Source of the DNA: Euryarchaeota archaeon UBA58
GTDB taxonomy: Archaea; Thermoplasmatota; Poseidoniia; Poseidoniales; Thalassarchaeaceae
Direction of reading: 5' to 3'
Assembly: GCA_002498525.1 (NCBI GenBank)
Contig: DAHR01000013.1
Span: 131,809-194,213 of the forward strand
Length of the DNA stretch: 62,405 nt
In this document: positions 1 to 9,000 of the stretch, piece after piece
Position numbering within the stretch: position 1 is the stretch's first letter
How the letters are laid out: each line of letters starts with the position of its first letter
Translations under genes and position numbers: made by a program
The notes under the pieces: model-generated
Told to the model about the DNA's origin: nothing
Database searches by the model: none
What the model saw: the letters and a program-made list of their open reading frames with translations, nothing else

Positions 1-180
1 GTTTTGGCTGGAGTCCTGATGAAGGAAGCACTGATGGCTTACACATCCGGACGCTGGGATACAATGCGCCACCCGCAAGGAGAAGCTGAACACCCGACGT
101 TCCGAAACGCAGGGCCTGAAATACTTGAGGTCGTCAACCAGAAACTGGCTGACCAGACCTATGCGCACTACATTGACTGA
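1..180 (+). CDS. 3' end of a protein of unknown function (truncated by window edge)
   Basis: Frame 1 is open from base 1 (VLAGVLMKEALMAYTSGRWDTMRHP...YAHYID) to TGA at 178-180, followed directly by GGAGG and the next ATG. Confidence 0.7.
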   Translation, partial: VLAGVLMKEALMAYTSGRWDTMRHPQGEAEHPTFRNAGPEILEVVNQKLADQTYAHYID

Positions 181-192
181 GGAGGAAAACGC

Positions 193-990
193 ATGACAGA
201 CCTACTGAATGAAAACTTTCCATACGCCGATAACATACTCGCTGGCCGAACCGCACTGGTTTGTGGAGCATCGAAAGGAATTGGTCGGGCGAGCGCTCTG
301 ATGCTGGCTCGCGCGGGCGCTCGCGTCATCGCTTGCGCCCGATCAGCAGAAGTTCTCGATGAATTGATCGGCGAATTGCATGGCTCTGGCCATGAAGCAT
401 TAGTGCTTGATTTGGAGGATGTCGAGGCCGTTCGAGAAACTGTACTCGGCCTCGGAGTCGTCGAGATTGTCATCAATAATGCAGGCGGGCCGCCCGGAGG
501 ACCGCTGTTGGGCAATAATTTGGATGAGTTCGAAGGCCCATTTGCCCGTCACCTGCACGCTGCACACACGATTGCACAGATTCTTGCGCCTCGGATGGCA
601 ACTGTTGGATATGGTCGAATAGTCAACATCATTTCGACCTCGGTTCGCGAACCGATCGACAATATTGGCTTGTCCAATACACTGCGTGGTGCCATGGCTT
701 CGTGGTCGAAATCTCTCTCCCGCGAACTCGATCCTTGTGTGACCATCAACAATATCATGCCTGGATTCACCGATACCGACCGCCTTGGCTCTCTGGCAGG
801 CTCGATTTCTGAGCGAACCGGCAAAACTGTCGATGAAGTTCGCAAGGAATGGATGGATTCTGTGCCGATTCAGCGGCTGGTCGACCCGATGGAGACCGCG
901 GCCGCTGTCACATTCCTCTGCTTGCCGAGCTCTGGAGCCATCCGTGGGGTCAGTCTTGCCGTCGACGGTGGCAGAATGAGGTCAATCTGA
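193..990 (+). CDS. short-chain dehydrogenase/reductase (SDR family oxidoreductase)
   Basis: Rossmann motif CGASKGIG, NNAGG, NNIMPG and C-terminal VDGG; SD GGAGG at 181-185; the catalytic YxxxK appears replaced by SNTLR. Confidence 0.9.
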   Translation: MTDLLNENFPYADNILAGRTALVCGASKGIGRASALMLARAGARVIACARSAEVLDELIGELHGSGHEALVLDLEDVEAVRETVLGLGVVEIVINNAGGPPGGPLLGNNLDEFEGPFARHLHAAHTIAQILAPRMATVGYGRIVNIISTSVREPIDNIGLSNTLRGAMASWSKSLSRELDPCVTINNIMPGFTDTDRLGSLAGSISERTGKTVDEVRKEWMDSVPIQRLVDPMETAAAVTFLCLPSSGAIRGVSLAVDGGRMRSI

Positions 991-996
991 TTGGTG

Positions 997-2247
997 ATGC
1001 GCTTGCGCTTCGACATCTTCTTCTCGATTTCGCAGACGCCGGACACCTCCGGTCACACTCCGTCTGAAAGTGAGATGTTCTCGAATTTCCTCGATCAGGC
1101 TGAGAAGGCTGACGAACTCGGATTCGGTGTTGGTTGGGTTGCGCAGGCACACTTGTCGACCGAGGTGCAAAAGGGCAACTCGAAGCCTGTCGTGCCGCAT
1201 TATCCGGGTGAGGTCGGGCTCTGCACCGATTTCTTCCAGGTCGCTCAGAAGATGTTCGCGCGCACGAAGAGGATGGAAGTCGGCAGCGCTGTGATGTCGA
1301 TTCTCGCTTCGGGAGGACCTATCGCTCAGGCAGAGCGAGTCGGCTCTTTCCTCGCCCTCCACGGACTCGACCAGAATGAGTCTCGAAAACTCCACATCGG
1401 CTTCTCGGCCGGTCGCTTCGAATTCATGGCCCGGCCGTACGGAATCGTCCCTCGTGACATCGTCGAAGAGGCATCATGGCCAGCGCTTCGCGGGCAGATT
1501 TTCTACGAAGCATCGGAAATCTTCCTACGACTTCTGAATGGCGAGACGATCTCGACCGAGATGATCCGCGACACCACCATGACCCGCGACCACTTCCGCT
1601 CTGAGGCGGATTGGCAAGCCGTGCAGGCAGCAGCTGTCGAGTTGCACGGCTTGGACGCGCCGCCAGAATCGATTGAAATCGCGCCGCGTTATAACTTCGA
1701 AGAAATCAAGACGATTCCACAGGAATGGCGCCGAGATCTGCTGAATTTAGTCATCGGCAGCCACGACCCGACACTGCAGATGGAGGTCAACAGATGGCGG
1801 CCGGTGCAGGTGTTCAACCTCTCAATCACCCCCCCGCACATCATCGATGCGACGCACGAACGCATGGCTGAGACCTACCACGCCGACGGTGGTGCATGGA
1901 CCCGCTCAATGATGCCACGAACGGTCATGGTCTTCGTCAACGATGAGGAAGGGCTGACTGCAGAAGAGCGCAGCGCGGCTGCAAGATCGGAAGCGAATGC
2001 CGCGCTGACAACCTACTGGAATGCATTGGAAGGAACGCTTGACCCAGCGAAGGTCGAGAAAGCAGCAGACAATGCGGTGATTGGCAATGTCGAGGAGGTG
2101 GCGGCACAGATTCGTGAGCGTTTCCACCCCGATGACCGGCTGATGTGCTGGTTCGATTTCTTCAATCACGATTCGGCGAGAGTCCAGAGAAACATGGACG
2201 CATTCATGAATTCGGTGGTTCCGCGAGTGAACGGAGGCGATGAGTGA
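997..2247 (+). CDS. LLM class flavin-dependent oxidoreductase (luciferase-like monooxygenase)
   Basis: N-terminal MRLRFDIF, AEKADELGFGVGWVAQAH, TKRMEVGSAV, LHIGFSAG and C-terminal IGNVEEV...F...VVP pattern typical of the LLM TIM barrel. Confidence 0.8.
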   Translation: MRLRFDIFFSISQTPDTSGHTPSESEMFSNFLDQAEKADELGFGVGWVAQAHLSTEVQKGNSKPVVPHYPGEVGLCTDFFQVAQKMFARTKRMEVGSAVMSILASGGPIAQAERVGSFLALHGLDQNESRKLHIGFSAGRFEFMARPYGIVPRDIVEEASWPALRGQIFYEASEIFLRLLNGETISTEMIRDTTMTRDHFRSEADWQAVQAAAVELHGLDAPPESIEIAPRYNFEEIKTIPQEWRRDLLNLVIGSHDPTLQMEVNRWRPVQVFNLSITPPHIIDATHERMAETYHADGGAWTRSMMPRTVMVFVNDEEGLTAEERSAAARSEANAALTTYWNALEGTLDPAKVEKAADNAVIGNVEEVAAQIRERFHPDDRLMCWFDFFNHDSARVQRNMDAFMNSVVPRVNGGDE

Positions 2248-3425
2248 TGAGCGCGCGCAGGACCGAACAACCATCGAGCGTCTCGCCGGGTCGTCCAGGC
2301 TCGGCGATTTTCCCAACAAATCCACTCGGAGAGCAGCACGAAGGCATCGCCACCGGCCGCGATGTGGAATGGGAGCCACTGGTAGATTTCCGCCGAATGG
2401 ACGTCTCAGAAAATACCATCCACGGCGCCATCGCTTGGGCGCATGGCGACGAGATAATCCACTCATTCGGTGGCAATGTCCTCGTCTACGGCCGCTCGAT
2501 GATGAAGCCGCTGATGATGAAGCCTTTCACCGAGGCCCTCGATGGCGAACTCGACTGGACACAGAAAGCCATCGCCTGCTCCTCACACAACGGTGATACC
2601 GAACACGTAGCAGCCGCCCAGTCACTGCTTTCAGAATCGGAATGGGGATTGATGCAATGCCCATTGGACGTTCCATTGATCCAATTCGGCCGCCAGGTCC
2701 GACGACCTCGCAGATGGTTCCACACCTGCTCGGGAGAACACGCTGCAATCCTCAAGGCGATGCGAGTGCTGGGTATGAACCGAGCCGGCTACACCCTGCC
2801 GAGCTCGCCTTGGTTCCCGATGTACTTGGACACATTACGCGAATACATGCACAAGCCGGACTGGCAACCACTTCGCGTAGCAAAGGACGGCTGCGGCTTC
2901 CCGACCGTCTCCAACACGGTCGACGAACTCGCAGTGATGTTCGCAGGTCTCGCAACCCACCGCGACAAAGACTGGATCTGGGAAGCGATGAACCGCCACC
3001 CAGACCTGATCGGCGGATTCAATCGACTCGACTCGACCTGCCTCAAAGCAGGAGATGGAAAACTGATCGCGAAAGAAGGGGCGGATGGTCTGATGGGATT
3101 GGCCATCGATCATCCGGATTGGCCCAAGGGCCTAGGCATAGTAATCAAGATCGCACACGGCTGGAATTCTCAGGCGACATGGTACGTCGCACGCGCGGTG
3201 TTGGGCGTTTTGGGGATTCAACTTCGCAACCCTTACCCACTGCACCGACAGAAGGCGTTCATCGTTCCCGGAATCGTCCCGGAGCAATACCAGAGTGCGC
3301 TTGAAGAAGTCGTCACATGGGATGAATGGGACCCTGACCGCGACCGCTTCACCCTCGATTGGAAGAAATACACTGCGGCCTCGACGCGCCCAAATCCGTT
3401 CAGCAATGAGGGCTTGGAGGGGTGA
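2244..3425 (+). CDS. class 3 (Rhizobium etli-type) L-asparaginase / asparaginase II family protein
   Basis: Motifs RSMMKP, SSHNG, CSGEH, DGCG and AKEGADG match the family RSxxKP/SHxG/NCSGKH/DGCG/KxGAEG; ATGA overlap with the upstream stop. Confidence 0.85.
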   Translation: MMSARRTEQPSSVSPGRPGSAIFPTNPLGEQHEGIATGRDVEWEPLVDFRRMDVSENTIHGAIAWAHGDEIIHSFGGNVLVYGRSMMKPLMMKPFTEALDGELDWTQKAIACSSHNGDTEHVAAAQSLLSESEWGLMQCPLDVPLIQFGRQVRRPRRWFHTCSGEHAAILKAMRVLGMNRAGYTLPSSPWFPMYLDTLREYMHKPDWQPLRVAKDGCGFPTVSNTVDELAVMFAGLATHRDKDWIWEAMNRHPDLIGGFNRLDSTCLKAGDGKLIAKEGADGLMGLAIDHPDWPKGLGIVIKIAHGWNSQATWYVARAVLGVLGIQLRNPYPLHRQKAFIVPGIVPEQYQSALEEVVTWDEWDPDRDRFTLDWKKYTAASTRPNPFSNEGLEG

Positions 3426-3426
3426 G

Positions 3427-4932
3427 ATGGACCCCGATGAGTGCTGTGATTCTGGCTGCGTTCCTTGTGAGCGGGACCGCGATGGAGTGGCGCCGCTCGA
3501 CCTCGAGAATTACATCGGTGGGAAATTCGTTTCGCACTCGAATGATGATTGGCTGAATGTGCTTGAACCCGCGACTGGCTACCGCTTCGCGCGGGTTCCA
3601 TTGTCTGAACCGAAGGATGTCGACACTGCTGTGGCCGCTGCACGGGCGGCACAGCCGGATTGGGGGGCGCTCTCCCATGCTGAAAGGGCTGATTGGTTGG
3701 ACAGAATCGCCGATGCTCTGGAGGCGAAATACGAGGAAATAGCCACGCTTGAAAGCCAGGACACCGGCAAACCGATCTCACTCGCGCGAGAGGTTGATGC
3801 TCATCGTTCTGTGACCAACTTCCGCTTCTTCGCCGGCCTCATCCGCGAGCATGTCGAAGAACAGTTCGAGATGGCCGACGCCACCAATATCGTCATCTCG
3901 AAACCCGTCGGCGTCGCCGCTCTGATCACCCCGTGGAATCTTCCGCTCTACTTGCTGTCGTGGAAAGTCGCACCAGCAATCGGCATGGGAAATACGGTTG
4001 TCTGCAAACCCTCCGAGTTGACGCCGATGACAGCGAATCTTCTGATGGAGACCCTTCACGAAATCGGACTCCCTGCAGGTGTCGTCAACCTCGTCCACGG
4101 CAGCGGAGAGGGGGCAGGCGCACCGCTCACCTCCCACCCCGATGTCGACCTTGTCTCCTTCACCGGCGGAACTGCTACTGGAGCCAAGGTCGCTGAAGCC
4201 GCCGCGCCGCAATTCAAGAAACTCAGTCTCGAGCTCGGCGGCAAGAATGCAACCATCGTCTTCGACGATTGCGACATTGAGAAGACCGTGAATGGAGTGG
4301 CTAGGGCAGGCTTCTTGAATTCGGGACAGGTCTGCCTGTGCGGCAGCAGGATACTGATTCAAGAGACGATTTACGACGAATTCGTGGGAAAATTCGTCGA
4401 TGCTGTGAAGTCGATGAAAATCGGCGACCCGAGCGATGAGGCGACCGAACTCGGGGCGCTGATATCCGCTGAACACCTCGAAAAAGTTGAGTCGTATGTG
4501 GCATTGGCGGGCGAAGAAGGTGGTACGCTTCTGACTGGTGGAAATCCAGCCATGGCAGGGGAGTTCGAGCATGGAAACTGGCTCGCTCCGACAATTATAG
4601 CCGACCTGTCAACTGATTCACGCTGCTCGAGGGAGGAGATCTTCGGGCCTGTCGTAACCCTGCACAAATTCGAATCAGAGGATGAGGCCGTAGCGATTGC
4701 AAACGGAACTGACTACGGCTTGGCTGGAAGCGTATGGACCGGCGACCTCGCGAAGGGACAGAGGGTCGCTGAGAAAATTCACACCGGAATGGTCTGGATC
4801 AATACCTGGCTGCACCGAGATCTTCGCGTTCCGTTCGGTGGAGTGAAGAACAGCGGCGTTGGCAGAGAGGGTGGCCGCTGGAGTTTGGGATTCTTCTCAG
4901 AACCTCTCAACATCTGCCTCAAACACGACTGA
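3427..4932 (+). CDS. aldehyde dehydrogenase, 2-aminomuconate/2-hydroxymuconate semialdehyde dehydrogenase (ALDH8-like) type
   Basis: ITPWNLP, FTGG, LELGGK, NSGQVCLCGSR, EEIFGPV and WINTWLHRDLRVPFGG (the RDLR signature of the HMSADH/ALDH8 group); start placed at ATG 3427 after GGAGG/GGTGA. Confidence 0.88.
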   Translation: MDPDECCDSGCVPCERDRDGVAPLDLENYIGGKFVSHSNDDWLNVLEPATGYRFARVPLSEPKDVDTAVAAARAAQPDWGALSHAERADWLDRIADALEAKYEEIATLESQDTGKPISLAREVDAHRSVTNFRFFAGLIREHVEEQFEMADATNIVISKPVGVAALITPWNLPLYLLSWKVAPAIGMGNTVVCKPSELTPMTANLLMETLHEIGLPAGVVNLVHGSGEGAGAPLTSHPDVDLVSFTGGTATGAKVAEAAAPQFKKLSLELGGKNATIVFDDCDIEKTVNGVARAGFLNSGQVCLCGSRILIQETIYDEFVGKFVDAVKSMKIGDPSDEATELGALISAEHLEKVESYVALAGEEGGTLLTGGNPAMAGEFEHGNWLAPTIIADLSTDSRCSREEIFGPVVTLHKFESEDEAVAIANGTDYGLAGSVWTGDLAKGQRVAEKIHTGMVWINTWLHRDLRVPFGGVKNSGVGREGGRWSLGFFSEPLNICLKHD

Positions 4933-4978
4933 TGGGTTAAGTCTGAAAGAGAGATGCGCCCGCGATGGGCGTGAGAAG

Positions 4979-5959
4979 ATGGCTTCAGTCGGCATCATCG
5001 GACTTGGCGCGTATGTGCCACCGCACGAGATGAGCAATGAGGATTGGGCCGAAATCGTCGAGACGAATGACGAGTGGATAACCACGAAGACCGGCATGAA
5101 GAAGCGACGGATCGCCGACAAGAACACGCACACTTCGGACTTGGCTGTAGAGGCTTGCAAGCGCGCGCTCGACGACGCTGGATTGGTCGCTTCGGACATC
5201 GACCTGTTGATTCTCGCTACCTCTTCTCCGGACGTCCCACTCTCCTCCACTGCAGGCATAGTTCAGCACAAGTTGGGCTGCGTTGATTGCGGCGCATTCG
5301 ACATCAATGCCGTCTGCGCCGGCTGGGTTCATGCATTGGATGTGGGTACTCGCTATGTTGGCACTCCGGGCTACGACAAAGTTCTGGTTGTCGGCTCCGA
5401 AATCTATTCACGGATTTTGAATTGGCAGGATCGTACGACTTGCGTTCTGTTCGGTGATGGCGCAGGGGCTGCTGTGTTGGGTGAAGTGCCCGAGGGCAAA
5501 GGGGTTCTCGGCACCTGGCTGATGAGTGATGGTAGCGGTGCCGATGTCATCGTGATACCTGCTGGTGGTGTTCGGACTCCGATTCCAAGCGAGGGCTTCG
5601 AGGAGGGCATGCAATACTTCCACATGGACGGACCAGCGGTCTGGGAATTCGCAATCGAAGCCTTTCCACAGGCTGTTCACGGAGCTCTTGCACGGGTCGA
5701 CAAGACCATCGAGGACGTCGATTTCGTTATTGCTCATCAGGCCAACATCAATATCATCAAGACCGGCATGGAGAAGCTCGGTCTGCCGATGTCAAAGACT
5801 TTCACAAACTTGCACAAATACGGCAACACCGCCGGTGCGAGTGTGCCGATCGCGATGCGCGAAGCGATGGATAACGGCTTGATCAAAGAGGGTGATTTAG
5901 TCGTAACCGCCGCCTTCGGTGGCGGCCTCGCTTGGGGAGCAAACGTCATCCAATTCTGA
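4979..5959 (+). CDS. fabH: 3-oxoacyl-[ACP] synthase III
   Basis: Catalytic triad motifs AVCAG (Cys), HQAN (His), YGNT (Asn), plus LFGDGAGA and FGGGLAWG. Confidence 0.9.
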   Translation: MASVGIIGLGAYVPPHEMSNEDWAEIVETNDEWITTKTGMKKRRIADKNTHTSDLAVEACKRALDDAGLVASDIDLLILATSSPDVPLSSTAGIVQHKLGCVDCGAFDINAVCAGWVHALDVGTRYVGTPGYDKVLVVGSEIYSRILNWQDRTTCVLFGDGAGAAVLGEVPEGKGVLGTWLMSDGSGADVIVIPAGGVRTPIPSEGFEEGMQYFHMDGPAVWEFAIEAFPQAVHGALARVDKTIEDVDFVIAHQANINIIKTGMEKLGLPMSKTFTNLHKYGNTAGASVPIAMREAMDNGLIKEGDLVVTAAFGGGLAWGANVIQF

Positions 5960-6058
5960 ATGACCAACGTCACCATCCGTACAACCGTTGAGGCGTTCCG
6001 GAGCGTATATTGCAGCGTTTGTGTGGGAAGCCGTCGAGCAGACAACGGCCATGGCCGG

Positions 6059-9000
6059 TCACTGCTCGAACGGCTCCCAAGCTCCGGTTAATTCGTTGTG
6101 TCGAAGCAGGGAGCCATCGGGATTCTGCACCCAGACGTTTCCATCCGCGCCGCGCCAGACCTTCTGTCCGTGCTCGTTAATCTGAGCATCAGCCGGCGCT
6201 TCGATGAGAGGCGCTGGTGGTGGAGCGGTCTCGAGCAGAGCGCCGAGGTCGAACTCGCCCACGTCGGACTTCTCGGCCGGCTCTTCAACCGGTTCTTCGA
6301 TTGGTTCGTCGGTCTCCTCTTCCAATTCCTCTGTGACCTCAGTGTCCTCTGTGGTTTCAGATTCAGGCTCGACTTCCCCAGCATCGATCTCCTCGGTCTC
6401 CGGTTCTGGCTCAGCCTCGGCTTGTGAAGACTCCAGATCATACATCGAGGGCGCCGAATCGAATTCGTCGTCTTCCACCTCGGCCTCTTCTGGCTCGATC
6501 GCCGCCTCGATCTCCATCTCCTCAACGGAATCGAAATCGTGGTCCCGGTCGGCCAATTCGACCTCTGCGGTAGCGTCGGCGGTCACCGGAATGGAAACCC
6601 CGCCGATCTCCATCATCTCGGCATCTTCGTCCTCAGGTCCGTCGGCCCGCGCTCGACCCATCTTGATGCTGAATCCGACCATTCCAAGCACGGCCAGGGC
6701 GATGACGAGATGGAACATTGCCTGAGAATAAGTCTGGTAATATCGAATCGTCGGGAATTTGTCGCTGTTGTCGCCGACGCCGTCACCGTCCGTGTCGAGC
6801 CATTCGCTCGAGTCCTTGGGGAATGCGTCGATGCTGTCGTTGTAGCCGTCTCCATCGCCGTCTGCGATCAGTGGATTGAGTCCGAGTTTGAGTTCTTCAG
6901 CGTCTGGGATACCATCACCATCGTCGTCTGTATCCGCGTTATCTCCGATTCCATCACCGTCGGTGTCGAGCCATTCTGTTGGGTCGAGAGGGAATTCATC
7001 GTCTTCGTCGAGATAGCCGTCGTTGTCGTCGTCGTCATCCTCATCGGCATCTCGGCAACCGTCTGCGTCGTTGTCAATCGCCGGCGTGCTGGTCCAGCCC
7101 ATCACGCCGAAATCACACATATCCATGCCATCGTCGATGCCGTCCCCGTCATCGTCACGGTCGAGGAAGTCAGGTATCCTGTCGCGGTCCGTGTCGGTGT
7201 GGCAGTCGCTGAGGCTGCTCGTTCCTTCCAGCATGGTCATCTGTTCGTTGGGGCAGGGTATCGCTTCTGTCGCGCCCGTCTGCTCGATGTAATGATCGAT
7301 GGGCGCGGGAGTCTGCGAAATCGCTGCTGAAGTGTTGGTGAAGTATCCGGGGTCTGCCGCTTTGCAGGCGGTCTGTCCGCGCTCGTTCTGGTATTCTCCA
7401 GGCTCGCACGGCGTCTGTGCTGGTGCGGCTTCGGATTCGACTGAGTAACCGGGATCGGCCTCTTCGCAGGCCGTGGCTGAGACCGACTCTGTGTTCGGAT
7501 TGTAACTGCCCGGTGCGCATAGAGTCTGCACCAATGCGCCCATCGAATCGACGTAATGACCGGTGTCAGCTGTCAGGCACCAAGCCCAGCCGCTGTTAGG
7601 CTGGTAGGTTCCCAAGGCGCATTGTGTCTGCAGGCCCGAGCCCGCGTTGGCGACGTAATTTCCGGGCTGAGCCTGAATGCAATCGTTCGCCGAAGTCGAT
7701 CCCCGCGCCGGATTGAAGGTGCCGGCGAGACAGGGCTTCTGGGCCGAGGCGAAGTGGGTATCGACATAGTGTCCAGGAGCCGCTTCGAAGCACTCTGTCC
7801 CCGCTCTCGACCCTTGATAGGAGCCCATCGTGCAGCCTATCTGGCCGGTCGCGCCCTCAGCCGGGACGTGGTAACCGAAGTCGGCGTCGATGCAACTGGT
7901 GCTGGCTGGCGCCGGCTGATATGTTCCAGCGGGACACGGCGTCTGGTAGCTCGAACCAGCATCTTCGACGAAGTTTCCAGCCTCGGCGGTGACGCAGTCT
8001 GAAGGGCTGGTCGAGCCGCTGTTCGGATTGTAAGTGCCGGCGCTGCACGGCGTCTGTGCCGTCGCAGCGCCATTCTCGACATAATATCCGGGCTCAGCGA
8101 CATTGCAACTGATCTGCCCTGCAAGATCCTGCCAGTTGCCAGCCTCGCAAGGATGCTGCTGCATCGAGGCTGCCGAATTGACATAATATCCAGGTGAGGC
8201 TGAATCGCAGGTAATCTGCCCTTGATTCGCAGCATAACTGCCGAGCGCGCAGGGAGTCTGCGCGATCGAACCCGTCAGCGGAACATAATAGCCCATATCC
8301 GCAAGCATGCAATCGTCAGCATTGTCCGCCCCGGCATAGGGGTTGTACGAACCCGCAGAACAAGCGATCTGCGCCGTCGCGGCCTGAGTATCGACGTAAT
8401 TCCCGGGGTCCGCGATTAAGCAGCTGTCCGCCCCGATCGCCGGTTGATAGGTTCCCGGTTCGCATGGGAATTGCCTGTCGGAGGCGGTGGAGTTGACGTA
8501 GTAACCAGGGGAGGCTGATTCGCATTTGTCTTGGCCTGTGGCAGATTGGTATGTTCCTACTGCACACTCATACTGCTGAGTCGATGCCGTCGTGGGAACA
8601 TAATGTCCGGCGGCCGCGTTCAAGCATCCCGATTGGCCGGAATAGGGCTGGTAAGTGCCGACTGAACATGCGGTCTGGTTCGTCGAGCCGGTCGAACCGA
8701 CGTAATAGCCGGGCTGGGCATTGAGACACGAACTCTGGCCGATGTAGGGTTGGTAGGTGCCGAGTTCGCAAGCGGTCTGATTGGCTGAAGCCGGGTTCGC
8801 GACATAATATCCAGCGTTGGCCGAGAAGCAGGAAGTTTGAGCGTATGCCGGTTGATAGGATCCGGCGGAGCATTGGGCTTGGAAGGTCGCGCCGCTGACG
8901 TTGACGAAGTAGCCGGGAGCGGCTGGAGTCTGCATCGTCGCTGCAGTCGAGCCGACGTAATAGCCGATGGCCGCGACCATGCAGGTCGTGGCTCCGGTGT

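Noticed and set aside
997..5959. Bioluminescence (lux-like) cluster from LLM + aldehyde enzyme + fatty-acid gene
   Set aside because: Only one LLM gene, no luxC/D/E homologs, and the ALDH is the muconic-semialdehyde type
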